Shown: one piece after another, positions 1 to 8,644 of the stretch
How positions within the stretch are numbered: the stretch's first letter is position 1
How the letters are laid out: every line of letters starts with the position of its first letter
Source of the DNA: Polyangiales bacterium
Lineage (GTDB): Bacteria; Myxococcota_A; Polyangia; Polyangiales; Polyangiaceae
Direction of reading: 5' to 3'
DNA: 43,889 nt
Assembly: GCA_038230375.1 (NCBI GenBank)
Contig: JBBRNJ010000076.1
Span: forward strand, 1-43,889
Position numbers and translations under genes: made by a program
Notes under the pieces: generated by a model
Seen by the model: the letters and a program-made list of their open reading frames with translations, nothing else
Told to the model about the DNA's origin: nothing
Database searches by the model: none

Positions 1-1019
1 ACGAAGCCGGGGATGTCGAAGGAGTTCGTCTCGCCCGCATCCACGGCGCACGCGCGGATGTTGTTGCCGTAGTCGAAGACCTCTGCGCCCTTCTTCTTCC
101 AGGCGAGCATCGTCCTCACTTCTTCGGCCATGCTTCCCTTCGCGCGCTCGACGTAGCCGTCGGGGTCCTCGGCGCGGAGCTCCGCCGCCTCTTCCAGCGT
201 CATGCCCGCCGGGATGTAGCCGTTGAGGGGATCGTGCGCGCTGGTCTGCTCGGTCACCAGATCGGGGACGATGCCCATGGCGTAGAGCTCCGGATAGACC
301 TCCGCTGCATTGCCCAGAAGGCCGATGCTCACCGGCTTTTTCTCCTTCTTCGCGACCTCGAGCCGCGCGAGTGCCTCGTCGATGGTGTCCGCGCGAACGT
401 CCACGTAGCGCGTCTCCAGGCGCTTCGCGATGCGCTCTGGGTTCACCTCCACGGCGATGCAGCTCATGCCCGCCATGGTCGCGGCGAGCGGCTGCGCGCC
501 GCCCATACCGCCCAGCCCCGCGGTGAGCACCCACGGCTGCTCCACGCCCTTACGTGCAAAGTACACCTTTCGCGCGGCCACGAAGGTCTCGTACGTTCCC
601 TGCAGGATTCCCTGCGTTCCGATGTAGATCCACGAGCCCGCTGTCATCTGCCCGTACATGGTGAGGCCCTTCGCCTCGAGCCTGCGGAACTCGTCCCATG
701 TGGCCCACTTGGGCACCAGGTTCGAGTTCGCGATGAGCACGCGCGGCGCGTCAGGATGCGTTCGGAAGCGGGCCACGGCCTTGCCCGACTGGATGAGCAG
801 GCTCTCGTCGTTGCCGAGCTCGCGCAGCTCCCGCACGATGACGTCGAAGCACTCCCAGTTGCGCGCGGCCTTGCCAGTGCCGCCGTAGACGACCAGATCT
901 TGCGGCCTCTCGGCGACCTCGGCGTCGAGGTTGTTGTGAAGCATGCGGAGGGCCGCTTCCTGGACCCAACCCTTGCAAGAAATCTCGGTGCCCCGCGGAG
1001 ACGTGATCGTGCGCGCCAT
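1..1019 (-). CDS. hutU: Urocanate hydratase (3' end runs off the window)
   Basis: Not in the ORF track because it lacks a stop in the window. Manual translation from ATG 1019 gives [55 protein letters not shown], then [25 protein letters not shown], the urocanase signature. Confidence 0.97.
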   Translation of the reverse strand, partial: MARTITSPRGTEISCKGWVQEAALRMLHNNLDAEVAERPQDLVVYGGTGKAARNWECFDVIVRELRELGNDESLLIQSGKAVARFRTHPDAPRVLIANSNLVPKWATWDEFRRLEAKGLTMYGQMTAGSWIYIGTQGILQGTYETFVAARKVYFARKGVEQPWVLTAGLGGMGGAQPLAATMAGMSCIAVEVNPERIAKRLETRYVDVRADTIDEALARLEVAKKEKKPVSIGLLGNAAEVYPELYAMGIVPDLVTEQTSAHDPLNGYIPAGMTLEEAAELRAEDPDGYVERAKGSMAEEVRTMLAWKKKGAEVFDYGNNIRACAVDAGETNSFDIPGF

Positions 1020-1030
1020 GAGGCGTTTTG

Positions 1031-2005
1031 TTAGCCCGATTTTTCCTCGCGCGCGAGGACGAAGGCTCTCCCATCCCACGTATAGAACCTGCGCTTGACG
1101 TCCGAGGGGAGCATGGGGAGCAGCGGCGGGGGGCTCGCGCTGCCGGCGCCTGGGATGAGCGGCGCAACGGCGCCCGGCTTGAAGCGCGCATCCACACGCC
1201 ACGGCGCATCTGCCCTGATGTCGATGGCGCCGTCATGAAATGTCACGGAGGTGGACATGTGCGGAGGCGCGTTGGCCTCGCTCCCGCAGCACATGGCCGA
1301 GACGGAGATCTCCTGGGCGAAGCGCAGAGCGGGACCGTCCGCACCGAACGACCAGACCTCCATCACGAGATGGCGGTAGCCGTTGCGCAGCTCACCCTCG
1401 TTCACCCACGCGCGCACCACGACGTCCTTCTTGTCCGTGCGCGTGAGCGGCACTGCGGCCACGCCTTCGACGTCACTCTTGCCGAAGTCGCGGTACCAGA
1501 ACCCCGATAGGTCCGGCGAGATCACGAGCGCGTACTGGAACACGTCCATGATCCATTCGTCCGCCGCGCCTGCTGCGACGTCGGCGTGCGTGCCCCAGCC
1601 CGGCGTCCGCTCTTGCTGGACGTAGCGCGCAAGCTCGTCGTTGTTGTGCGCGAAGAAGTCACGCGGCGAGCCCTTCTGGAACGTGAAGCCGGTGGTGGGC
1701 ACATCGGAAGGCGTGGGAGCGATCGCGGCGCCCGCGTCGGCGATGGGAGACGCTGCGAGCGCAGGCGCGCCGGACAACACGGGAGACGCGGAGGAGCCCG
1801 CCGATGAAGCGTTCCCGGTGCCCGCGGGCGACGCGGTGGTCCTTGCGGACGTGCCGCCGGCCGGCGTCCGGCTCTTCTCGCGCGCCTCCCGCGCCTCGCG
1901 TGCCTCGCGCGCGCGTTCTTCACGCACGCGATTTGGCGGCGGCGGCAGGCACGCCGTCAGCAAGATGAGTGTGAGGGCCGTTCTGGTTCGCACGTTGGGG
2001 CTCAC
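1031..2005 (-). CDS. Hypothetical lipoprotein with REA repeats and an Ala/Ser/Pro-rich linker
   Basis: Same frame as ORF 1031..2305. The GTG at 2005 overlaps the upstream TGA (GTGA) and is followed by a lipoprotein-type signal [14 protein letters not shown]. Confidence 0.7.
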   Translation of the reverse strand: MSPNVRTRTALTLILLTACLPPPPNRVREERAREAREAREAREKSRTPAGGTSARTTASPAGTGNASSAGSSASPVLSGAPALAASPIADAGAAIAPTPSDVPTTGFTFQKGSPRDFFAHNNDELARYVQQERTPGWGTHADVAAGAADEWIMDVFQYALVISPDLSGFWYRDFGKSDVEGVAAVPLTRTDKKDVVVRAWVNEGELRNGYRHLVMEVWSFGADGPALRFAQEISVSAMCCGSEANAPPHMSTSVTFHDGAIDIRADAPWRVDARFKPGAVAPLIPGAGSASPPPLLPMLPSDVKRRFYTWDGRAFVLAREEKSG

Positions 2006-2361
2006 GGAGCGGGCGCGGCGTCGGGCCCCATGCCTTCGAGCGCCAGCTGCAGTCGGGTGAGATCGTCGGCGCCGAGCACGCCTGGGTGGGCGTCGACGAG
2101 CGCGCGCGCCTCCTTGAGCCACAGGCTCGCGGGGCCGCGATCGCCGAGGGCGTTGTGGACGAGGCCACGGTAGAGCGCGTACTCGCAGCGTCGTTGCTCG
2201 TCCCAGGTTCGCTCGTCGAGCTCGAGAGCGATGAGCTCCGCCTTCGCCTCTGCGTAGCGACCCTTTCGGAAGTCGCCCTTGGCCTCTGCGAGGCCGCCGC
2301 CACATGCGCAGACACCCGCTGCGAGGGCCAAGGCGATGAAGGGCGCGAGGACTTTCACCAC
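2002..2361 (-). CDS. Small helical (TPR-like) lipoprotein
   Basis: Signal peptide with lipobox-like VCAC, TPR-like segment YALYRGLVHNALGD; coupled to the downstream gene. Confidence 0.7.
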   Translation of the reverse strand: MVKVLAPFIALALAAGVCACGGGLAEAKGDFRKGRYAEAKAELIALELDERTWDEQRRCEYALYRGLVHNALGDRGPASLWLKEARALVDAHPGVLGADDLTRLQLALEGMGPDAAPAP

Positions 2362-2399
2362 GCGGGGAGCCTACCAGATGCCCGCCGATTCGGACCAGT

Positions 2400-4214
2400 T
2401 CACGCCGGGCGCTTTTTTACGCGCTTTCCCGCGCTGCGCAGGAGGTCGTCCAGGGTGGACTGCTCTGGCTGCGCCTCATCCTCATCCATGAGCAGACCGA
2501 GCGCCGCGAGATCGCGCGTGGACTCCTCGGGCGTCGTGATCGGCCCCTTGGCGGCGCGGTCCCAGCGTTCTGCCAGCGCCTCGGCGACGCGCGAGACCAG
2601 GACGCGCGTCGTCTCGCGGTCGATCGCGGAGAGGAAGATCGCGTCCGGGTGGCTCCGCTCGAGGATGCGCGCCTGGAGCGGCTCGACGTGGTCCATCTTG
2701 TTGTAGACCGCGATGCGCGGGATGTGATCGAGCTCTAGCTGCGTGAGGAGCAGCTCCGTCGTCTCGATGTGGTCGTCCTTTGCCGGATCGCTGGCGTCGA
2801 TGATGTGGAGGATGAGGTCCGCGTCGGCGGTCTCCTCGAACGTGGCGCGGAAGGCTGCGAAGAGATCCTTGGGCAGCCGACGGATGAAGCCGACCGTGTC
2901 GGTGATGATCACCTCGCGCTCGCCGTAGCCGGCCCAGCCGACCCTGAGGTGGCGCGAGCGGGTGTCCAGTGTGGCGAAGAGCTTGTCCTCGGCGAGGACG
3001 TTGGCGCCCGTGAGCGTGTTGAGCAGCGTGCTCTTGCCCGCGTTCGTGTAGCCCACGATGGCCACCGTGGGGATCTCCGAGCGCGTCCGTTTGCGGCGGC
3101 GTTGCTCGCGCTGCTTGCCAAGCTTCTTCAGCTGGTCCTCCAGATGGGTCACGCGCTCCTTCGCGCGCCGTCGGCCGATCTCGAGCTTCGTCTCGCCGGG
3201 GCCGCGACCACCGATGCCGCCGGTGAGGCGCGACAGGGCGTCGTCCTTCTGCGCGAGGCGCGGAAGGCTGTATTTCAGCTGCGCGAGCTCCACCTGCAGC
3301 TTGCCGTCCGCGCCCTCTGCGCGCTGCGCGAAGATGTCCAGGATCAGCTGCGTGCGGTCGATGATCTTGAGGTCGCTCTCTTTCGCGATGGCCGACGCCT
3401 GCGACGGCGTGAGCTCGCGGTCGAAGATGAGGACGTCGCAGTCCGTCTCCACCGCGCGCAGGATCACGTCCTCGAGCTTGCCCTTGCCCAGGACCAGGCG
3501 CGGGTCCACGCGCTCGCGAAGCTGCGTGACCGTGTCCACGACCTCCACGCCGGCGGTGCGGGCCAGCTCGCACAGCTCGCGCATGCTCTCCTCCGCCAGC
3601 TCGTGTGCGCGGCGATCGGATTTATCTGCAACATGCACCAAGATCGCGCGGCCGTCCTTGGCCCTCACGGCGCGGGCGCGGGAGTGCTTGCCGAACTCGG
3701 CCTCGAGCGCGCTCATCAGCTCACCGACGTGGACCTTCATGCCGGTGAGAGGCGTCGGCTCGTGAACGCGGTATGGCGCGTCGCCATCGCGCTCTACGGG
3801 GACGTTGTGCGCGTACTGGATCCCCTTCGGCTCGCCGCGGGGCGAGAGGAGGATCGCGGCGACCAGGTCGAGCCGCATGCGGACGAGGTCCGTGAGGTCG
3901 TCCTTCGTGAGCGCCTCGCCGCGGACGTGCGTGTGCACCAGGCGGAGACCGCGGAAGCGCCCTTGCGCAGCCCGGAGGCGACCGATGTCCGGCAGCATGA
4001 GCTTGCCCGCATCGCCGACGACGACGTAGTCCACCTGCCCCGAGCGATGCACCAGCACGCCGACCTGGCGACCAGACTCCATCGACGCTTCGATCAGCGC
4101 GCGCGTGAGCTCCGGCGTCGAGATGTTCTCGATCGGCACCTTGCGCCGGTAGAGCCGCTCGAGCGTCTTCGTGGCGATCGGCGACAGGCCGGTCGTATTT
4201 CCGTAGAGCTCTAT
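2400..4214 (-). CDS. hflX: Ribosome-splitting GTPase HflX, long N-terminally extended form
   Basis: ILDIFAQRA, GKLQVELAQL, GIGGRGPGETKLE, G1 GYTNAGKS, LFATLD, DTVGF, NKMD. The frame continues upstream of GTG 4139 as IELYGNTTGLSPIATKTLERLYRRK; start placed at ATA 4214 (see findings). Confidence 0.93.
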   Translation of the reverse strand: MELYGNTTGLSPIATKTLERLYRRKVPIENISTPELTRALIEASMESGRQVGVLVHRSGQVDYVVVGDAGKLMLPDIGRLRAAQGRFRGLRLVHTHVRGEALTKDDLTDLVRMRLDLVAAILLSPRGEPKGIQYAHNVPVERDGDAPYRVHEPTPLTGMKVHVGELMSALEAEFGKHSRARAVRAKDGRAILVHVADKSDRRAHELAEESMRELCELARTAGVEVVDTVTQLRERVDPRLVLGKGKLEDVILRAVETDCDVLIFDRELTPSQASAIAKESDLKIIDRTQLILDIFAQRAEGADGKLQVELAQLKYSLPRLAQKDDALSRLTGGIGGRGPGETKLEIGRRRAKERVTHLEDQLKKLGKQREQRRRKRTRSEIPTVAIVGYTNAGKSTLLNTLTGANVLAEDKLFATLDTRSRHLRVGWAGYGEREVIITDTVGFIRRLPKDLFAAFRATFEETADADLILHIIDASDPAKDDHIETTELLLTQLELDHIPRIAVYNKMDHVEPLQARILERSHPDAIFLSAIDRETTRVLVSRVAEALAERWDRAAKGPITTPEESTRDLAALGLLMDEDEAQPEQSTLDDLLRSAGKRVKKRPA

Positions 4215-4244
4215 CTCACTGCTCCAGGAGTTGCGCAGTGTGCA

Positions 4245-5600
4245 TCACTTGCACGTGGACCCGTAAGCGGGGATGTCCCAGTGCCACAATGCCGAGGTGA
4301 CCTTCGGGTAGTACATGGCGAACGAGTAACACATCTCCTGCGCCGTCTTCTCGCCGTAGGAGACGGGCGCGCCCGTGTTGTTCAGCCACTGGCAGTGCGT
4401 CGTGATGGTGTCGTTCGTCTGCGGCTTGGCGGCGATGGGCAGCCAGAACTGCGACTGGAAGGACCAGTTCGTGATGGTGCCAAGGTCCACGTCGGGCCCA
4501 CCAGCGAGGGGCGTGAGCTTGTTGTCGTTCTTCGTGCCGAGCTGGTGCATGTGCGGCATGGCCGTGAACAGCGTCTTGCCAGCGAGCTGGCTCGGCACCT
4601 GCACCGTGCACGTGCGATCGTAGGGCAGGCCGTTCGCGGGGATGGTGAAGCTCTGCGTGCCGAACGCAACGACGTCCGCGTCGTACTGGCGCGGCGCGGA
4701 CGTGCACGCGTCGATGCCCGTGGAGTCCATCTCCCCGGCGAGCGCGTTGATGTTGCTGTAGTGAACCTGCACGACGTAGTGGGTGTTCGTGCCCGGCGTG
4801 ATCGGGAAGCCGGCCTCCTTCGGGAGGTAGAGATTCTTGCCACCGGGGGCCCAGATATAGACGATGCGCCAGCCGGCCTTGCCGCCAGAGCTGCACGCTG
4901 TAGGCACCGTCGGCTCGGCCGCGTCCGCCTGGAACACGAGGATGTGGTGGACGATCTTCGTGTTGTCCACGTGCGGTGCGAACGCGATGATGTGCTTCGG
5001 GTCCGGGGTGGTGACCTCGTAGCCGTAGCAGGTGTAGATGTCGCTCGTGGCCTGCGGCATGGTCCACGGCATGGTGGACTTCATGTGCACGTCGGGCACG
5101 CAGTCGAGCGGGTCGACCACGCCGCCGTCGGGGTTCTTGGTGCCACCGCACGTGTCCGTGGACTTGGGCGCGCCGGCCGCGATCCAGGAGTCGATGGTGG
5201 TCGTGTCACCGGCGTTGAGGCGCGCGTTCGGCGGCGGAGGCATGGGGGTCTTGTTGTCGTGGATGCGCGGTCCGACGAGCTCGTAGACCTTCTTCGTGGG
5301 ATCGCTCTTCGCGGGTGCCTGCAGGTCTGCCCACGTCATGAGGGGCATGTTGGCGCCAGCGAGCGGCGGGTTCTGGTGACAGCTGCGGCAGTTCTTGGCG
5401 AGGATCTCGTCGACCGCACACGGCAGACCCGACGGTCCCGTCTGGGTTCCGGGACCCGTCGCGCCATCCTGCGCACCTGGACCGCCGTCACCGTCGCCTC
5501 CACCACCGCCGCCGCCCGGATCCGAGTTGATCGCCACGCCGCCGCAGTGAGCGAGAACGCCGAACAGCAGGAGCCCGGCGGCCAGGTAAGATGAGCGCAT
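4245..5600 (-). CDS. Lipoprotein: c-type cytochrome domain fused to a copper type II (PHM/DBH-like) monooxygenase
   Basis: Lipobox-like LAHC; heme motif CRSCH with a downstream MPP; Cu-H ligands VHH and QVHY; Cu-M ligands PHMH and EMC. Confidence 0.85.
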   Translation of the reverse strand: MRSSYLAAGLLLFGVLAHCGGVAINSDPGGGGGGGDGDGGPGAQDGATGPGTQTGPSGLPCAVDEILAKNCRSCHQNPPLAGANMPLMTWADLQAPAKSDPTKKVYELVGPRIHDNKTPMPPPPNARLNAGDTTTIDSWIAAGAPKSTDTCGGTKNPDGGVVDPLDCVPDVHMKSTMPWTMPQATSDIYTCYGYEVTTPDPKHIIAFAPHVDNTKIVHHILVFQADAAEPTVPTACSSGGKAGWRIVYIWAPGGKNLYLPKEAGFPITPGTNTHYVVQVHYSNINALAGEMDSTGIDACTSAPRQYDADVVAFGTQSFTIPANGLPYDRTCTVQVPSQLAGKTLFTAMPHMHQLGTKNDNKLTPLAGGPDVDLGTITNWSFQSQFWLPIAAKPQTNDTITTHCQWLNNTGAPVSYGEKTAQEMCYSFAMYYPKVTSALWHWDIPAYGSTCK

Positions 5601-5678
5601 TGCACGTGTTTCTAGCACAGAACCGGCGAATAGCCCGCGGCGGGGAATTTACAGGGGACGAGACCTCGAGCGCACAAA

Positions 5679-5743
5679 ACCGAGGAGGGCCGTTGGGAGA
5701 CACGCGATCCGCAACGCGTGAAACCCAGCGACCCTCTTTTGGT
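5679..5743 (-). ncRNA. Long hairpin element, copy 1 (diverged)
   Basis: Minus strand GAGGGUCG-C-UGGG-UUU-CACGCG[UUGCGGAU]CGCGUG-UCU-CCCA-A-CGGCCCUC; homologous to copies 2 and 3. RNA function is inferred. Confidence 0.5.
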
Positions 5744-5766
5744 GAGTGGTGAAAACTACCCACTCA

Positions 5767-5890
5767 TTTAAACCGCAGAGGGCCGATGACTCCCACGCGC
5801 TCCGCAACGCATGAAACTCAGCGACCCTCGTTGGTGCTCTGCTCTCTTGACTGGTGTCGTTCTGGTCGTTGTTGCGTGCTCCTTGGGGAC
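5767..5890 (-). ncRNA. Repeat unit copy 2: A/C-rich leader plus long hairpin (5772-5835)
   Basis: 5767-5847 matches 5958-6038 at 80 of 81 positions; weaker similarity continues to CTCCTTGG. Confidence 0.55.
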
Positions 5891-5957
5891 AGTCGTTCTT
5901 GTATTATCTGGAATCCGAGAGCGGCCTCGCCGGCCTTCACAAACACAGTGCTCTCAC

Positions 5958-6075
5958 TTTAAACCGCAGAGGGCCGATGACTTCCACGCGCTCCGCAACG
6001 CATGAAACTCAGCGACCCTCGTTGGTGCTCTGCTCTCTGTGGTGTTTTGCTCGTTGCGTTTTCTCCTTGGTGACG
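5958..6075 (-). ncRNA. Repeat unit copy 3: A/C-rich leader plus long hairpin (5963-6026)
   Basis: Direct repeat of copy 2 at a 191-bp offset; the single core difference converts a U-G pair to U-A on the minus strand. Confidence 0.55.
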
Positions 6076-6112
6076 ATTGAAGTGAAGTGAGGTCCGAATC
6101 TTGAGCGAGCGA

Positions 6113-6147
6113 GGCCGCACGTCGCATGGCGACGTCATCCTGCGGCC
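6113..6147 (-). terminator. GC-rich hairpin downstream of the second monooxygenase gene, possible terminator or stability element
   Basis: GGCCGCA-CGTCGC-ATG-GCGACG-(6-nt bulge)-TGCGGCC, about 25 bp past the stop; no U-tract. Confidence 0.3.
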
Positions 6148-6170
6148 CGACTACCCGTGCGTTGCGCCTG

Positions 6171-7562
6171 CTATTTGCAGCTCGCCGTGAGCGAAGGTGT
6201 CATCCAGCTGAAGAGCGGGGCTGTCACCTTCGGGTAGTACATCGTGAACGAGTAACACATCTCGTTTTCCGTATTTTCTCCGAACTTCACGGGTGCACTG
6301 GTCGTGTTCTTCCACGCGCAGTGCGTCGTTACCGTATCTCCTGCTTTGGCGGTTGCCGTCACCGGCAGCCAGTACTGGTTCTGGAAGTTCCAGTTCGTCA
6401 CTCCACCCATGTCGACCGCGGCGCCGCCGGCTTTCGGCGTGAGCTTCGTGTCGATCGCGGTGCCAAGGTTGTGCATGTGCGGCATCGCTGCGACGAACGT
6501 GCGCCCGTCCATGCTCTGCGGCACCGTGAGGGTGCACGTGCGGCTGTACGCGGCGTTCGGCGGGATGGTGAAGTTCATCGATCCGAACGCGACCACGTCG
6601 GCCTCGTACTTGCGCGGCGCCGCCGTGCACATGTCCATGCCCGTCGCGTCCTTCTGACCCGCGAGCGCCATCGCGTTGTTGTAGTGAACCTGCACCACGA
6701 AGTGCGACGTGGCCTTCGGATCGAGCGGGTAGCCAGCCTCCGCAGGCATGTACATGTTCTTGCCGCCCGGCGCCCAGCCGAACATCAGGCTCCACTGGAT
6801 CGACCCGCCCGCGCTGCACGCGGTGGGTGTGCCCGACACGGCGGTCGGCGAGCGGAACATCAGCACGTGGTGGACGATCTTCTTGTTGTCGATCTTCGGC
6901 GCGAACGCCACGATGTGCTTCGCTGCTGCCGCCGGCACGTCCACGCCGTAACACACGTACTGATCGAGCTGGCTCTGCGCCATCTCGTACGGCGCGGCCG
7001 GCGCGAAGTGAAGGTCCGGAGTGCACGTGAGCGGCTCCGTGCCGTCGCCCGACGGCTGCGACGACGTTCCACACACCTCGGTCGACTTCGGCGCGCCCTT
7101 CGCGACCCAGTCATCGATCACGGCCTGGTCCGCCGCGGAAAGGCGCGTGTTGGGCGGCGGCGGCATCGCGCGCACGTCGTCATGCGTGCGCGCCTTCGTG
7201 AGCTCGAACTCCGTCTTCCCCGGATTGCTCTTCGACACGGCCTGGAGATCCGCCCACGTGACGAGCGAGTTGGGTGCGCCGGCTGTCGGCGAGGCGCCAT
7301 GACAGCTGCGGCAGTCCTTCGCGAGGATCGCATCCACGTTGCACGGCAGCCCCGATGACTGCGCCACATGGCCACCATCCCGAGCTTGATCCTCGCGGCC
7401 ACCACCGGGGTCGTCAACGAGCGGCCCCGTCTGCTGCGCCGTGTCCCCCGACGTGCCGTCCAAAGAACCGCCCACGTCGGAGCCGCACGCGACGACCGTC
7501 GGCATGGCGCCGACGGCGACGAGCAGCGACATGGTGGCGAAGGCTGCGTTGGAGCGTTTCAT
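6171..7562 (-). CDS. Paralogous cytochrome c / copper type II monooxygenase lipoprotein
   Basis: Lipobox-like VVAC; CRSCH, AMPP, VHH, QVHY, PHMH, EMC; collinear with 4245..5600. ATG 7562 is preceded by GAGG. Confidence 0.85.
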   Translation of the reverse strand: MKRSNAAFATMSLLVAVGAMPTVVACGSDVGGSLDGTSGDTAQQTGPLVDDPGGGREDQARDGGHVAQSSGLPCNVDAILAKDCRSCHGASPTAGAPNSLVTWADLQAVSKSNPGKTEFELTKARTHDDVRAMPPPPNTRLSAADQAVIDDWVAKGAPKSTEVCGTSSQPSGDGTEPLTCTPDLHFAPAAPYEMAQSQLDQYVCYGVDVPAAAAKHIVAFAPKIDNKKIVHHVLMFRSPTAVSGTPTACSAGGSIQWSLMFGWAPGGKNMYMPAEAGYPLDPKATSHFVVQVHYNNAMALAGQKDATGMDMCTAAPRKYEADVVAFGSMNFTIPPNAAYSRTCTLTVPQSMDGRTFVAAMPHMHNLGTAIDTKLTPKAGGAAVDMGGVTNWNFQNQYWLPVTATAKAGDTVTTHCAWKNTTSAPVKFGENTENEMCYSFTMYYPKVTAPLFSWMTPSLTASCK

Positions 7563-7588
7563 CTGTTTCCGACCTCGGACTATTGAAT

Positions 7589-7604
7589 TGCATTCAACGT
7601 GCCA
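7589..7604 (-). promoter_or_regulatory. Sigma-54 (-24/-12) promoter
   Basis: Minus strand TGGCACGTTGAATGCA versus consensus TGGCACG-N4-TTGCW, with exact GG-N10-GC spacing, 26 bp upstream of ATG 7562. Confidence 0.7.
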
Positions 7605-7858
7605 TTGAACGCAAGTCACTAAGACCGCGAAAACTGGCTAAACCACGGCAAGTAACCGGCTTAGGAGCGGTGTCGCAACCGCGAGACGAGGACAAAAGGG
7701 AGCAGCCACGAGCCCTCATCACGGTGCTGGATGAGACACCTCAACGTCGTGTTTTTGGCGAGCTAAGCGGGGCGCGCGGGGGGTGGCGGCGACATGGATC
7801 GAGACAGGTGGTCCATCCTCGACCACCGACCTCACGGACGCACCGCCGACCTTCTGAC

Positions 7859-8638
7859 CTACTTCGACTTCGGCGCGTGCGGAGGCTTCGCGCTCGCCGT
7901 CGGCGCGGAGGCACCCTTCATCGCAGCGTAGAACGCGTCCTTCGCCTCGGCGTTGGCGTTCTTCGCGAGATCGCGATCCAGCGCTCCGACGAAACCGCCG
8001 TCCATGCTGGGCTGACTGCTGGAGGTCGCGTCGTACTTGAACCCGCCCACCGCGTGACCGTTGGCGAGATCGTAGATGGTCACTTCCGCGCTCACGTGCC
8101 CCGGCGTGAAGGCCTCGACGATCTTGCGCGTGTTCCCCTCGACGGTGTCCGATCCTCCGCTCGTGTTGGCCGGCGCCACGTAGCGCGTCGTGTGAACCAG
8201 GAAAGCGTACTTGAACTCGGTGCACGCCATGAGCGTGTTCTCGTTCATGAACGTTGCCTTGGTCGCCTTGACCTCGGTGAGACCGGCGGCGCAACCCGAG
8301 AACGCGCCGCTGCCATTCAGGCGCAGGGGTGGGGCCGCCGTCGTTGCGTAGTACTTGGGCGGCGCGGCCAGGTCCTCCGCATGGAGCACCAGATACGGCT
8401 TCGGGTCGTTGACCCCGGGCGTGCTCACGGTGTCGAACGCTACGCCCGCCGGGACGAAGGGATGCGTTAGCGGCGGCGGCGCCGTGGGGAGCGTCTTCAC
8501 CACGGCGAAGACGGGCTCGAACTTGGCTGCGCGCGCCTGGATCTCCTCGATCGGCTTGTCGTAGAGGCTCGGCTTCTTCTTGCAGCCGCTTGCCATGGGC
8601 AGAACGAGCAGGGAGAGGACGAGGAAGGTGTTTCGCAC
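7859..8638 (-). CDS. Hypothetical lipoprotein
   Basis: Signal MRNTFLVLSLLVLPMASGC followed by KKK; starts 6 bp after the efp stop. Confidence 0.75.
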   Translation of the reverse strand: MRNTFLVLSLLVLPMASGCKKKPSLYDKPIEEIQARAAKFEPVFAVVKTLPTAPPPLTHPFVPAGVAFDTVSTPGVNDPKPYLVLHAEDLAAPPKYYATTAAPPLRLNGSGAFSGCAAGLTEVKATKATFMNENTLMACTEFKYAFLVHTTRYVAPANTSGGSDTVEGNTRKIVEAFTPGHVSAEVTIYDLANGHAVGGFKYDATSSSQPSMDGGFVGALDRDLAKNANAEAKDAFYAAMKGASAPTASAKPPHAPKSK

Positions 8639-8644
8639 GGGACT

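Noticed and set aside
2769..5594. 941-aa plus-strand ORF and similar long antisense ORFs throughout
   Set aside because: Shadow frames of well-supported opposite-strand genes in high-GC DNA; no recognisable motifs.
5767..5797. Fluoride riboswitch-like string TAAACCGC..GCCGATGACTCCCAC (also at 5958)
   Set aside because: Only the 3' half resembles the motif; the 5' GGNGATGGAGTTC element needed for the pseudoknot is absent and no plus-strand gene follows.
5780..5830. Hammerhead ribozyme-like CCGATGA...GAAAC
   Set aside because: The core would need CUGANGA and three stems; the sequence folds better as a single long hairpin on the other strand.
5679..6075. CRISPR array or integron attC array
   Set aside because: Repeats are 65-81 bp with irregular, mutually similar intervening sequence; no cas or integrase genes; the ends do not fit RYYYAAC/GTTRRRY.
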